Positions 7,450 to 18,170 of a stretch of 64,000 nucleotides of DNA are shown piece after piece (within the stretch, counting starts at the first letter, position 1; each line of letters opens with the position of its first letter). The position numbers and the translations under genes are program-made. The notes under the pieces were generated by a model. That model ran no database searches. It was not told the DNA's origin and saw only the letters and a program-made list of their open reading frames with translations. Location: the NCBI GenBank assembly GCA_017440085.1, contig JAFSHW010000038.1:8245-72244 (forward strand). The letters are read 5' to 3'. Source of the stretch: Clostridia bacterium. GTDB taxonomy: Bacteria; Bacillota; Clostridia; Oscillospirales; UBA644.

Positions 7450-10400
7450 TTAAGCCTTTTTCTTTTTGAAAACTGCAATACTCAAGAATCCAAAGATAAA
7501 TCCAAGTGCAATCATTACGAATCCAATGCTGTCTGTGGTTCCGGGGTTCACAGGGTCATCGGGATCTTCGGGATCTTCAGGGTCAACGGGAGGATCAACG
7601 GGAACGTCGGGGATGATAGGATCATCAGGATCTTCTGGGTCTTCAGGATCATCGGGAACGTAAGGTGTGTAATTGTAAATATTCTCGAATTCCGCAACTG
7701 CCATATCAACCTGAGTGCCGTCCAATGTGACGATAGTGTTGATTCTGTTACCGCCGCCAAGGTAAACGTAAACAGTGATAGTATGTTCAACTCTGCTGTA
7801 TTCAACGTTTTCTCTGCCGCCGTTTACTTCGTACATCTTATAAATATACGTATGACCAATGTCAGACTCGCTGAACATCAAGCTGAAAGCTGCCAAACCG
7901 TCTTTGCCGGAAGTAGCTCTGTAAGTTCTGCCTTGAGTTACGTTGTAAAGCACGAATTCAAAGCCTTCGGGTCCGATTACTTCGGTGCCAACGTTCTTAA
8001 CCGTCTTATGAGCGAGAACGTTCATAACTACGGGAGAAGGAGCAGGTGTGTAGTAATTTACAAACTTAATTCCGTTTGCAGGAGCGTGATTGCTTCCCTT
8101 TGTAATTACGGGAACGCCCGCTACAAGCTGACCTGTTCCGTCGTCGGAAACATCAATGGAAACGTAATAAACACTTCTATCGTAAGTAACGCGAGCCATA
8201 GGAACGGAAGTATCTTCCATAACCACGAAGTAATAAGTCTTAGGTTCTGTGAGGGAAATATTTCCAAAGCTGAATGAACCGTTTGCGCTGTTATAAGCTG
8301 TCTTGGGAGCGATTTCGTTATTGATAGCGAAGTTACTGTCTGCTGTATAAAGCATAAATCTGAATTCGCTATTGCCGAGGATTCTGCCCCAAAGCTCTTT
8401 TACACCGCCGATAACGGTTGAGGTTGCCGTAGGCTGATACTTATTAGTAAAGTTGAGGCCTTCAACGCTCTGACCTGTGGGGCCACCGGCGCCACCGAAG
8501 TCAGTCTTTCCATTGGAATCTTCAACCCAAACGAATGCATCGATATAATCAGTATCACCACGAACGACAACTTTAATCTTGTATTCGTTGCTATCGTACA
8601 CGATGCCGTTAATTTTTTGACCTGCATACTTTTCTTTAAGAACGAAGTAGTAAGTCTGGCCTACGTCTTCCGCTGTGCAAACAAGAGTCATTCCGTATTT
8701 ACCGCCAACTTCGTTTGCAGTTGTGATAAACGCACCACCGGTTATTTCGTATTTATCGTTTGCGGGGTAAAGTTCGAACGTGAAATCTCCGGGGTTGAAC
8801 GCTTTATCAAAGAATTTCTGACCTTCGAAGTAAATGACGTATGTGCCATTGAAAGTATTGGTGAAGTCAAGACCTGAAATTGTTACGTTATCAGGGTCAA
8901 TTACAGTATAACCACTGTTGAGTGCCGCACCGTCAGAACCGAATTTCTGAACGAAAAGCTTAGCGGATGCTGTGCCGTCTTCATTATCAATAATTTCAAC
9001 GGATACGCGGTATTCATTAGTATCAGTAACTATCAAATTGTTTTGAACTGCAGCTTCTTTAATTACGTAGTAATCAATATTTCCAATGTCATCAAGGGTA
9101 ATATTGGAATAATCAAGGGAGAAGCTGTATGCACCGTTGATATTCTGAGCAGTAACAGGAGTTACGTTTTCAGTAGCATAATTGGAATCTGTCTTGTAAA
9201 GCTCAAATGTAAAGGAATTATCAGAGAAAGGAATGTTGTAAATTTTATTACCTGCGAGAGTGATTGAGATATTTCCGCTTACGGAATATTCGTTTTTAAA
9301 GTCGATACCGTTGAGCGCAATATTTTCATTTACTTTTGAAGTAAATTCGCCATCGCCAATCTTTACGGAAGCCTTTACTTTACCGTCTCCGTTATCTTCA
9401 ACCTTAACGGTAACGTGGTATTTAGTTTCATCATACGAAACGCCGCCTAAAGTTCCTGCTTCTTCTTCGATTACGTAATAATATGTATTGCCAACGTGAG
9501 TTTCATCGTAAGCAAGCTCAAATTTAAACTCGCCAAGGAACTGGTCGTTAACTGTGTAAGTTTCAACCTTGCTGTATCCGTTTTCTACTGCATTTGCAAA
9601 TGTGGAATCAGTTTCATAAAGTTTGAAGCTGAATTTACCTGCTTCCAAAACTTTGCCGATAAGAGTCTTCGTACCTGAAAGTGTTACGTTTACGTTGCCC
9701 TTAACAGTATAGGTATTTGTGAAGTCGAGATTTTCAAGCTCTGCACCTGAAACTTCGGAAGCGGTTGCTTCAATTCCACCAAATCCGTTATCTTCCACAA
9801 CAACTGTAAGAGTATAAATCTTTGAGTCGTATGTGATACCGTCTATTGCCTGCGAAGCGTTTACTTCTTTAATGGTGTATTCATAAGTTCCGATGTCATC
9901 TTTGCCGTAGTTGAAGGTGTAGCTCCAAGTGCCGTTTGCAAGAATATCTACGGTACTGAGTTTATCGTTGCCTTTGTAAATTTCTACCTTGAAGTCGCCG
10001 TCTTCGAAAGTCTTATTAAAGGACTTTTCGCCCCCAACAGTTACGGAATCAGCCGCATTTTCAGAAACAGCATAGGTATTTGTGAAGTTGAGTTTTTCAA
10101 TCTCTGCACCTGAAACTTCGGAAGCGGTTGCTGTGATACCACCCTTGCCGTCATCTTTAACTTCAACCTGAATTTTGTATTCCTTACTATCGTAAGTGAT
10201 ACCGTCTATTGTCTGACCTGCATTTTCTTCCTTAACTACATAGTAGTAAGTTTTATTTAAATCGTCTTTGGTGTAATTAAGAGCGAATGAATATTTCTTA
10301 TCAGCATCGTTCTTCACCGTTGCGGGAGTAGAACCATCTTTAATCGTGTAAGAATCATCATCAACGCTATAAAGCTGGAAAGTAAATTTATTTGCGCCAA

Positions 10401-13400
10401 AATCCTGATTGAAGGACTTTTCACCGCTGAGAATTACACTTGCCGAAGCATCGCCGCTTACTTCGTATGTATTCGTGAAGTCAAGAGCTGTTTCTGACTC
10501 AACTGTCTGACCGTTATCGGAAGTAACGGTTGCAGTTGCCTCAACGCCGCCTTCTCCGTTATCTTCGACTTTAACGGTTATCCAGTATTCAACGGAGCTG
10601 TATTTTATACCATCTTCTGTTGAACCTGCTTTTTCTTCTCTAAATACGTAGTAATAGGTTTTGCCCTCATCGGAAGGACCGTATTCAATGGAGAAGCTGT
10701 AATCGCCGTTTACATCATTTGTAATATCGTCGCGAACGAAAGTTAAATCATTGAAGTTCACGTCTGTGCTGTAAAGCTCAAACGTAAAGTCGTTTCCTTT
10801 AAAGCCTTTATTAAAGGTTTTGGTACCTGAGAAGATTACACTGTCAGAACCTGTGATTTCATAAGTATTCTGGAAATCAAGGCTTACGACCTCGTTAGTT
10901 CCGTCGGAAATGGTAACGGTCTTCTTGAGAGTTCCGTCGCCGTTATCTTCAATAATAACGGTAATATAGTATTCGTCAGAATCGTAATTGTATCCGCCTA
11001 CACCCTCGTTCTTTTCTTTAGCTACATAGTGGTAAGTGTTGATAGAATCTGCACCTGTGTAAGTAAGTTCAAATTCAAACTTACCGTCTGCTCCGTTCTT
11101 TACTGAATCAATAGCCGTTCCGCTGATTTCAAAAGCGGAATTTGCTTTGTAAAGCTCAAAAGTGAAGGGTTTATCAGTAAGAACGTTGTTAAGAGTTTTT
11201 GTACCCGGGAGAACAACGGTTACGTCGCCTAAAATGGTGTATGTATTTGCAAAGTTGAGACTTGTAATTTCGTTTGTTTCAGCAGGAGTTCCGTTATTAA
11301 CAGTTACTCTGGTTTTAATGCCGCCAACGCCGTTATCAAGAATTTCTACTTTGATTTTGTATTCATTATCATCATAGTCGTAGCCGCCTGCTCCTTCGTC
11401 AACTTCTTTAACAACATAGTAGTAGATTGAGCCTACCTTATCGGCAGAATACTGAAGTGTTTCAAATACGATTGCACCGTTAGTACCGTTGGTTTTAACC
11501 TGAAGAGCTGTTGCTCCGTCAGCAACGGTATATGTACTGTCAGTTTCGTAGAGTTCAAAAGTAAATTCCTTGCTTGAAGCAACGCTGTTAAGAGTCTTCA
11601 TACCAGAGAAATCTACAGAAGCGGAACCTGTTACCGCATAAACATTTGTGAAGTCAAGGCCGCTTGCAGAAGTTTTAGCGGAATCAATAGTAGCAACTTC
11701 AGTTGTTTCGGTAGCTACAACTGAAATAATTTCAGCAGAAATGCCGCCCAATCCATTATCAGAAACGAGAACTGTAACTTCATACTGCGCTTTATCGTAA
11801 GTGATACCGTCTATGGTTTCGCCTGCGTTAACCTCTTTAATGGTATAAACGTGCTGACCAATGTTGTTTTTGCCGTAGTTGAAGGTGTAGCTCCAAGTGC
11901 CGTTTGCAAGAATATCTACAGTATCGAATTTATCGTTGCCTTTGTAAATTTCTACCTTGAAGTCGCCGTCTTCGAACGTCTTGTTAAAGGATTTTTCGCC
12001 ACCGACAGTTACGGAATCAGCCGCATTTTCAGCAACAGCATAAGTGTTTGTGAAGTCCAAACCGCTGACAGTTATTGCAGTTTCTGTTCCGCTAACGACT
12101 ACGTTAGAATCGTTAACCGTGGCAGTAGCTTTAATTCCACCGTTCAAGTCGTCTTCTACAACCACTGTAAGAGTATATTCTTTTGAGTCGTATGTGATAC
12201 CGTTTACAGTTGTATTGGCATTCTGTTCTTTAATTGTATAAGTATGTGTGCCGAGATTCTCTTCAGTGTAGTTGAACATATAGTTCCAAATGCCGTTTGC
12301 AGAAATGTTTACAGGGGCGTTGACACCGGAAATTTCAACTTTGAAGTCACCGTCTTCAAAGGATTTATCGTAAGTCTTATTACCGCTGATTTCTACGGAA
12401 GCGTCACCGTCAACGGCATAAGTGTTAGCAAAATCAATGGAAGAAGTTGAAACATCTCCGGAAGATGTTGCTTTGTAGTATTTAACGTCAGTAGCAATAC
12501 CGCCCTCTCCGTCATCGGAAAGTGTTACGACAATGTGGTATTCAGTTCCGTCGTAAATAATACCTGCGTTAGTAGTGCCACCGTTCTTTTCTTTGATAAC
12601 GTAGTAATATTTAGTGCCGGAAGTATTCGTTACGTCAGCTTTTCCATATTCAAAAGCGAAGGAGAACTCTCCGTTAAGAGCAGAGGATGTGCTTGTCGTT
12701 TTAGGTGTTGAGCCGGAAACGTCAAAGGTTTCATCTGTCTGATAAAGGTCAAATTCAAATGCGCCGTATTCGAAAGCCTTAGGAGTACCATTATAGGTGT
12801 AAGTCTTATTGCCTTCGATTGAAACGGAAGCACTTGCATCGTCGCTGATACCGTAGATATTATGGAAAACTACGCCGTCCTGAGGAATTCCGTTAGAATC
12901 GTAAACGTGAATCGTTGCAACCAACTGCCCCAAATAGTTATCCACAACGTCAACACGAACGTGGTAAACTGATTCGTCGTACTTAATGCCTGGGATAGAA
13001 CCTTCAACTTCATCTACAATGTAATAGTAGGATCCTGCTGTAGAATAGTCAATCTGACCAAAGGTAAAGTCACCGTTTGCATCGTTAGTTGTTGATTCTT
13101 TAATGTTTTTAATTGCATAAGTGGAATCAGATTCATAAAGATTGAAAGTGAAATCACCGTTATAATCTGAAATAACCTTGCCCGTCAATTCTTTATCGCC
13201 GGGAATCTGAATGTTGGTGGGTGCTGCTGTGTAAGTGTTGACAAATGAAATGTCATCAGCATCAAGGTCTGCAGTAGCAACCAACTGACCGCCAATATCT
13301 TCAACAGTTACTATAACGTCATATTCAGCCGTAGAATAAGTGATTCCAAAGCTTGCGCCGCTGGTTTTATTTTCAGTAACGGTATATTTGTAAGTACCGG

Positions 13401-16400
13401 GCTCAGTGTAAGTTAATTCAGGGAAAGTGAACGCTGCTTTATATCCGCCATTTGCGCTTCCGTTTTCTGCTTTGTATTCATTTCCGTATTCATCTGTAAG
13501 AACGAAAGTGAATTCGTCGTTAAGAAGAACTCTGCCTGTAAGAGTCTTAGTACCGCTGATTGTGTACGTTGTTGCAACGGGAGCGTAAGTATTGTAGAAA
13601 GTAACTTCGTTACCTGCGGCATTTGCGATGCTGTAAGAAGCAGTAAGCTGACCATTAACGTCCGTTACTGTTACAATTACACGGTAAGTAGTTTTGTCGT
13701 AAGAGTAGCCTGTTTTTCCTTCGTCAACTTCTGTTATTGCATAAGCAAAAGTGCCAACAGTATCATAGCTAAAGGAAGCTTCTGTTGTGTATGTAGCATC
13801 AGTATAGAAAGTAACTTTTCCTGCTGCATTATTCGTGCCGTAAAGAACTCTGCCCGTAGCACTGAGATTGGAGTCGTATTCTGTAGCTACGAAATGGAAT
13901 TCGCCTGCTTCAAGAGCTTTACCTGTAAGATTTTTGTTTACGAAATCTATTTCAAGACTTTCACTTACGGGTTTATATTCGTTTGTAAATACGAGCTCAT
14001 TATCTGCATTCAAAAGAACATTATCGTCATTTACAACTTCAGTATAATTAACAGCCGCTTCAAGAATGATAGATGAACCATCACCGTTATCGCTAATAGT
14101 AATGTCTACTTTAACAATATCATCGCTGTAATCCATATTGGGAATAGAGCCGGATTTTTCTTTTATATAATAGGTAAAGGTCTGAGGATAAGTTGTATTT
14201 TCAACGTGATTGAAGACAAGGTCAATAAACCCTTCGCCGATTGCATCGGTAACGTCTTTATTTATAGATGCAAGTAATCCTCCAGCAGAAACAGGTGTCG
14301 TGCAAGCTTCGTCTTTATAAAGCTCAAATTCGTAGCCTGAATAATTTACTTTATCACTTCCGGAACTATTGATGAGTTCCTTTTGAATGGGAATTTCAAC
14401 AACTGCGGGAGTTTTTTCGTAAACGATATTTGTAAAGGAAACGTCAACGACCCAAGTATTGTTAACCTGTGCAAATTCTCTGCCTGAATGATCGGAATGA
14501 ACTTTTGTAATTTCAAGCTTGCCGTCCATATCCTTATCTTCAACCGTTACGGAGAATGTATGAACTGTAACGTCATAGTACATACCGTCAATGGTGTCGT
14601 CGGGTTTAACTTCTTTTATCTGATAAGAATATACGCCTGCTTTATCGTAATTTTCATTTTCAAGATTGAATTCAAAGGTTTTTTCAGTGTCATTGTAAGT
14701 TACGGTATCCGTACCTGCGTTTTCCCACGCATTTGTGGAAGCATTAAATCTTTCGATTACAAATGTAAATGAATAATTATCTTCCCAAGCAACCGGATTC
14801 TTTTCTGAATCAAGAAGATTTTTAGTACCCTTTACAATAAGATTTACAGGGTCAACCTTTCCGGGAACGTAATCATTAACTACGATTACGGAGGAAGTGT
14901 TATTTGCTCTGACCTCAACGATACCGTCTCCGGCTTCGCCATTATCAAGATAATATGCAGTAAAGCCTGCGCCGGGAGCAGATTCAACAACCGTTGCTAC
15001 TGTACCCTCGGGAAGTTCGAGAATTTGAATCTGGTCGTCATTCTTCAACGTAACGATGAACTGACCGTTTGAATCAACGTATACGGAAGAAACGGTAGAA
15101 TCTTTAGTTTGAGAAGCGTTAAAGGATTTATTTGCAACGTCTGTACCGCTGAGAGTTACAGTCATTGTAAAGGTTTTTTCTTCGGGGATTGAGAAAGAAG
15201 TTCCGAAAGGATGTGTGATTTCCTTACCGATTGTAAGGTGTCCCGTTTTTCTTTCGGAGTTTACGAAATCTATTTTAGAAATTTCGTTTGCTACAAGGAC
15301 TACTGATTCAGTTGAATCTTCTGCAACGTAATCTTTCGTTTCAATTTCAGTTACGGTAATAACCCAATTTGCAACCATATCGCCGATATAAAGAGTTTCA
15401 TCGGCTTTAAGTTCAACGGTTGCTTTTCCGCCGCTGAAAGTTACTGTTTTCGCAGTTTCCGCACCGTTTGCATCAATATGGAATGCTTCATAAGAGCCGT
15501 CAGCCGCACCCGTGATTTCAAATTCAAATGCAGTCGTGGGGGCAGCTACGCCGTCAGCCATTGTTTTTGTGATTTTAATACCTGTCTGGGGTTTTACCGT
15601 CAATTTACCGTTGTTACCAAGAGTTGCACCGACAACATAGTCGTAACCTGTGTCATTTAAGGAATGACCGGTAGCATCTACGTAAGGAACTTCAACCCAA
15701 GGAAGTGTTCCCGTTGCATTTGGCTCTTTTGAAACAATATCATATTCGCCCGTATGAACGTGAACGTAACCTGCGGGGATATACCAAGAACCGTCATCAT
15801 TCGGCTGAGCATCAGCCAAAACAGAGGAATGAATTTCGTGGTAGTGGTAAGTTACGGAATTTTCTGTATATATCGCTTTTCTGGAATAGCCTGAAGAAGG
15901 TTGGCTTCCCGTTGCGAGAGCTCCTGAAGTATTGGCATAAACCAAAGTATCTTCAGTAAAATAATATCTGTTGTTCTGTTTGGAAGGGTTAAAGTAGCTG
16001 TATGTATTTACTTTTCCGTAACCCACTGAATTGTCAACTTCGTACTGGTTGGAGTAAAAGCTTACATAACCGTCAGCCGTGTTTGCTGAAATATAATCCG
16101 CATCAACAACGTCGTTGATTGTGTATTCAGTAATTTCTTCATCAAGAGCCACTTCGTAAACCAAACGAATGGGTTTTGTTGCACCTGTAGCTTCAAGAGA
16201 TTCAACATCGCCGTTTTCATCCAAAGAAACGTTATAAGAAACAATAGGAAGAAGTGCCGCAGGAACGGCAAAAGTCATCATCTGTTCGCCTGTTGCGATA
16301 TTTTCGCGAAGTTGAACGATAATATACATCATATCTGTTTCTGAGGTTCCGTCGTCTACGCCAACCTGTCCGTAGAAGCCGTAGCATTTTACTCTGAAAG

Positions 16401-18063
16401 TAGCACCTGCGAGTTTTTCATCGGGAGTTCCGTCCCAATAGTCAAGGAAGTTACCGTTTGCATCAGCAAACCAACCGATATAGTTGGAATATTCAGTATC
16501 GCTGGTATAGCTGAGCTGACCGTCTGTATATGCGTTACCGAGAAGAGTTCTTGCAGTATCAACGTCTACGCCGATTCTGTTCTGAACTGCCCAAACAAGC
16601 TCGTCGCCTGCCGTAGTTGGGTTAGCCGCTGAACCGAAAGTTCCGTTTTCCAAACCTTCCGCAAAGGTTGCGCCTGTGTGAAGAACGCCGCCAAGGTAAA
16701 CGCCTTTGATATCGGTAACTTTCATATATTTACCAATTCTATCAACGAATGAAACGTAACCTGAAACGTCTTCACTGCTTCCAACCAAAGTTGGGTAATA
16801 TTTAGTCTGAAGCTGAATTTCAGCTACAATGTCTTCAAATGCGTCGGTAAGGGAATTTCCGCCGATTGAACTTACAGCGGCAGTATAATATCCATCAACG
16901 TAGTTTTTTGTAAGACCGTTCATTTTAGTAACGGTTACAGCAGGTCGAGGATTTCTTCCATCTGTTGCTGCTTGAACAGTAATCTCATCATCTTGGGACG
17001 CCTCATCCCACATAGTCCAGAAGTCGTTTACAGCTGTGGAAGCATTCGCTGAAGTGGGATTAAGAACGGACATTGCAAGGGCGTTATTATCAACACCGAG
17101 ACCAAGTGTATAGAAAAGAGGATCTGTGTTATATTTTGTTTTAATTTGATTTTTTGCGTAGGATAGGGTAAGCTGTGTTACAAAAGCGAGGGCCGCGCTG
17201 GGGGTAGAACCGTTACCTAAATTATACTGACCGGGGTTGGTATATGAGCTTGAACCCAAAGTGGGAGCACCGTCAGACATCAAAACTACAATAGGCTTAC
17301 GGTTTGTGGTTGCAGTATTTGAAGAGGCAGTAAGCTGCTGAATTGCAGAAAGAACACCCTTCTGGATATATGTAGCACCTACGACTTCAATTGACTGTGA
17401 AGTAGGAGCATTTCCATTGGAATTTCTAACGTCAGAGTCGATACCAACGTATTCATCGCCCCAATATTCAGTGTACGTGAGGTATTTTCCGTCACTGTCA
17501 GTAGTATATCTATCCAAAGGAAGAATAACTCTGGAAGCATTTTCATTGGTACTACTGCTGCTTGTGCCTGAATAGAGGGCTACTCCGATTCTTGAAGAGG
17601 AGTTCATTTCAAGAAGCGCCGCAATAGTTGCATTTGCAGCATCTACCAAATCCTCGGCAACGTCATTATTCCCTTGGTTATTATTCATTGAGCCTGAAAT
17701 ATCAAGAACGAGAATAGTATCCGTGGGAACGTCAGATTCGCCGACGATAGTCATATTTGAACCCATAGCAGAAAGCGCTACAAGAAAGCTATCATCTTCC
17801 ATATTGACAGTTGTATCAGGTCGATTACCAATAGTCATAACAGACTTATCTGTCCATACAGCGCCTGCGTTTTCCGTAGACAGAGTCTGACCGGACCCTA
17901 TATGGAAAAACTCCTGATAAGAACTGTAAGTTGAGGTATCCGCAGTAAGCGTGGCATTTGACTCCCCTACTGCAAAGCTAACGGCTGGAACTAAGCCCAA
18001 CGTCATTGCAGTGCTGAGAGCAAAGCTCATAAAGCGTTTTGCAAAACCCTTTTTAGATTTCAT
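7450..18063 (-). CDS. giant cell-surface adhesin: signal peptide, VWA/MIDAS domain, Cna-B-like domains, about 18 pilin-isopeptide-type modules, acidic Pro-rich stalk, C-terminal TM anchor
   Basis: ATG at 18063 is preceded by AAGGATGA. The ORF track starts at 18090. MIDAS DISGS lies at 17689-17703. Repeated modules have G-x-K...Y-Y-[IV]-x-E...F-x-N-x-Y. The C-terminus is PEDPEDPDDP...NPGTTD plus a 21-aa hydrophobic helix plus KKKKA. Confidence 0.85.
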   Translation of the reverse strand: MKSKKGFAKRFMSFALSTAMTLGLVPAVSFAVGESNATLTADTSTYSSYQEFFHIGSGQTLSTENAGAVWTDKSVMTIGNRPDTTVNMEDDSFLVALSAMGSNMTIVGESDVPTDTILVLDISGSMNNNQGNNDVAEDLVDAANATIAALLEMNSSSRIGVALYSGTSSSSTNENASRVILPLDRYTTDSDGKYLTYTEYWGDEYVGIDSDVRNSNGNAPTSQSIEVVGATYIQKGVLSAIQQLTASSNTATTNRKPIVVLMSDGAPTLGSSSYTNPGQYNLGNGSTPSAALAFVTQLTLSYAKNQIKTKYNTDPLFYTLGLGVDNNALAMSVLNPTSANASTAVNDFWTMWDEASQDDEITVQAATDGRNPRPAVTVTKMNGLTKNYVDGYYTAAVSSIGGNSLTDAFEDIVAEIQLQTKYYPTLVGSSEDVSGYVSFVDRIGKYMKVTDIKGVYLGGVLHTGATFAEGLENGTFGSAANPTTAGDELVWAVQNRIGVDVDTARTLLGNAYTDGQLSYTSDTEYSNYIGWFADANGNFLDYWDGTPDEKLAGATFRVKCYGFYGQVGVDDGTSETDMMYIIVQLRENIATGEQMMTFAVPAALLPIVSYNVSLDENGDVESLEATGATKPIRLVYEVALDEEITEYTINDVVDADYISANTADGYVSFYSNQYEVDNSVGYGKVNTYSYFNPSKQNNRYYFTEDTLVYANTSGALATGSQPSSGYSRKAIYTENSVTYHYHEIHSSVLADAQPNDDGSWYIPAGYVHVHTGEYDIVSKEPNATGTLPWVEVPYVDATGHSLNDTGYDYVVGATLGNNGKLTVKPQTGIKITKTMADGVAAPTTAFEFEITGAADGSYEAFHIDANGAETAKTVTFSGGKATVELKADETLYIGDMVANWVITVTEIETKDYVAEDSTESVVLVANEISKIDFVNSERKTGHLTIGKEITHPFGTSFSIPEEKTFTMTVTLSGTDVANKSFNASQTKDSTVSSVYVDSNGQFIVTLKNDDQIQILELPEGTVATVVESAPGAGFTAYYLDNGEAGDGIVEVRANNTSSVIVVNDYVPGKVDPVNLIVKGTKNLLDSEKNPVAWEDNYSFTFVIERFNASTNAWENAGTDTVTYNDTEKTFEFNLENENYDKAGVYSYQIKEVKPDDTIDGMYYDVTVHTFSVTVEDKDMDGKLEITKVHSDHSGREFAQVNNTWVVDVSFTNIVYEKTPAVVEIPIQKELINSSGSDKVNYSGYEFELYKDEACTTPVSAGGLLASINKDVTDAIGEGFIDLVFNHVENTTYPQTFTYYIKEKSGSIPNMDYSDDIVKVDITISDNGDGSSIILEAAVNYTEVVNDDNVLLNADNELVFTNEYKPVSESLEIDFVNKNLTGKALEAGEFHFVATEYDSNLSATGRVLYGTNNAAGKVTFYTDATYTTEASFSYDTVGTFAYAITEVDEGKTGYSYDKTTYRVIVTVTDVNGQLTASYSIANAAGNEVTFYNTYAPVATTYTISGTKTLTGRVLLNDEFTFVLTDEYGNEYKAENGSANGGYKAAFTFPELTYTEPGTYKYTVTENKTSGASFGITYSTAEYDVIVTVEDIGGQLVATADLDADDISFVNTYTAAPTNIQIPGDKELTGKVISDYNGDFTFNLYESDSTYAIKNIKESTTNDANGDFTFGQIDYSTAGSYYYIVDEVEGSIPGIKYDESVYHVRVDVVDNYLGQLVATIHVYDSNGIPQDGVVFHNIYGISDDASASVSIEGNKTYTYNGTPKAFEYGAFEFDLYQTDETFDVSGSTPKTTSTSSALNGEFSFAFEYGKADVTNTSGTKYYYVIKEKNGGTTNAGIIYDGTEYHIVVTLSDDGEGGIATDVKYYKATSSGDVSTSSIDFANTYAVDGDASVEISGNKTYDKSFEDGDFKVEISGVNAPVNISANGIWNYMFNYTEENLGTHTYTIKEQNANTTVNGITYDSKEYTLTVVVEDDLNGGIKATATVNDSNVVVSGTETAITVSGLDFTNTYAVAENAADSVTVGGEKSFNKTFEDGDFKVEIYKGNDKFDTVDILANGTWSYTFNYGKNNIGQHVYTIKEVNAGETIDGITYDKAQYEVTVLVSDNGLGGISAEIISVVATETTEVATIDSAKTSASGLDFTNVYAVTGSASVDFSGMKTLNSVASSKEFTFELYETDSTYTVADGATALQVKTNGTNGAIVFETLQYSADKVGSIYYYVVKEVDEGAGGYDYDDNEYKIKVEILDNGVGGIKTRVTVNNGTPAETNEITSLNFANTYTILGDVTVVLPGTKTLNNVLTDKPFTFELYKANSAFEISGTAIDSVKNGADGKFEFELTYTGADSINTYHYVAKEKNEGVGGYNYDSDEYYITVIIEDNGDGTLKKTVTISDGTNEVVSLDFQNTYEITGSDSVIFSGTKTFNKGFKGNDFTFELYSTDVNFNDLTFVRDDITNDVNGDYSFSIEYGPSDEGKTYYYVFREEKAGSTEDGIKYSSVEYWITVKVEDNGEGGVEATATVTSDNGQTVESETALDFTNTYEVSGDASASVILSGEKSFNQDFGANKFTFQLYSVDDDSYTIKDGSTPATVKNDADKKYSFALNYTKDDLNKTYYYVVKEENAGQTIDGITYDSKEYKIQVEVKDDGKGGITATASEVSGAEIEKLNFTNTYAVSENAADSVTVGGEKSFNKTFEDGDFKVEIYKGNDKLSTVDILANGTWSYTFNYGKDDIGTYEYTIKEVNASQAIDGITYDSKIYTLTVVVEDNGFGGIEATASEVSGAELENLDFTNTYTVKGNVNVTLSGTKTLIGKVLEAGKFSFKLYETDSTFANAVENGYSKVETYTVNDQFLGEFKFELAYDETHVGNTYYYVIEEEAGTLGGVSYDETKYHVTVKVEDNGDGKVKASVKIGDGEFTSKVNENIALNGIDFKNEYSVSGNISITLAGNKIYNIPFSDNSFTFELYKTDSNYATENVTPVTAQNINGAYSFSLDYSNITLDDIGNIDYYVIKEAAVQNNLIVTDTNEYRVSVEIIDNEDGTASAKLFVQKFGSDGAALNSGYTVIDPDNVTISGLDFTNTFNGTYVIYFEGQKFFDKAFNPGDFTFELYPANDKYEITGGAFITTANEVGGKYGMTLVCTAEDVGQTYYFVLKEKYAGQKINGIVYDSNEYKIKVVVRGDTDYIDAFVWVEDSNGKTDFGGAGGPTGQSVEGLNFTNKYQPTATSTVIGGVKELWGRILGNSEFRFMLYTADSNFAINNEIAPKTAYNSANGSFSFGNISLTEPKTYYFVVMEDTSVPMARVTYDRSVYYVSIDVSDDGTGQLVAGVPVITKGSNHAPANGIKFVNYYTPAPSPVVMNVLAHKTVKNVGTEVIGPEGFEFVLYNVTQGRTYRATSGKDGLAAFSLMFSESDIGHTYIYKMYEVNGGRENVEYSRVEHTITVYVYLGGGNRINTIVTLDGTQVDMAVAEFENIYNYTPYVPDDPEDPEDPDDPIIPDVPVDPPVDPEDPEDPDDPVNPGTTDSIGFVMIALGFIFGFLSIAVFKKKKA
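9901..10088. repeat. copy A of a 188-bp near-identical direct repeat inside the adhesin gene
   Basis: Hand alignment with 11869-12056 gives 176/188 identical. Confidence 0.85.
11869..12056. repeat. copy B of the 188-bp direct repeat (offset 1968 bp = 656 codons, in frame)
   Basis: Hand alignment with 9901-10088 gives 176/188 identical. Confidence 0.85.
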
Positions 18064-18170
18064 TTTCAAATCATCCTTTTCTATACACAATTTCGTTAAT
18101 ATACTATCAAAAAGTGCCTTCTACTTATTATAAATGGGCGCAGTCCGCCCAAGGGCACTTATACAGGGTA

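Larger units (their letters stand above)
7665..14850 (-). repeat. tandem array of about 18 divergent 120-160-aa modules (Spy0128/FctA-like pilin isopeptide linkage domain type); boundaries approximate
   Basis: I counted 18 module-terminal F-x-N-x-Y motifs (SFTNIVY, FTNEY, FYNTY, FVNTY, FHNIY, FANTY, FTNTY x4, FTNVY, FANTY, FQNTY, FKNEY, FTNTF, FTNKY, FVNYY, FENIY). Each module also has a Lys near its start and a Y-x-[IV]-x-E core. Confidence 0.7.

Noticed and set aside
7466-7663. Plus-strand ORF encoding GSSGSSGSSG, and the periodic ggatcttc DNA repeats
   Set aside because: This is the antisense image of the PEDPEDPDDP stalk of the adhesin. The repeats are short, in-frame coding repeats without unique spacers, so this is not a CRISPR array.
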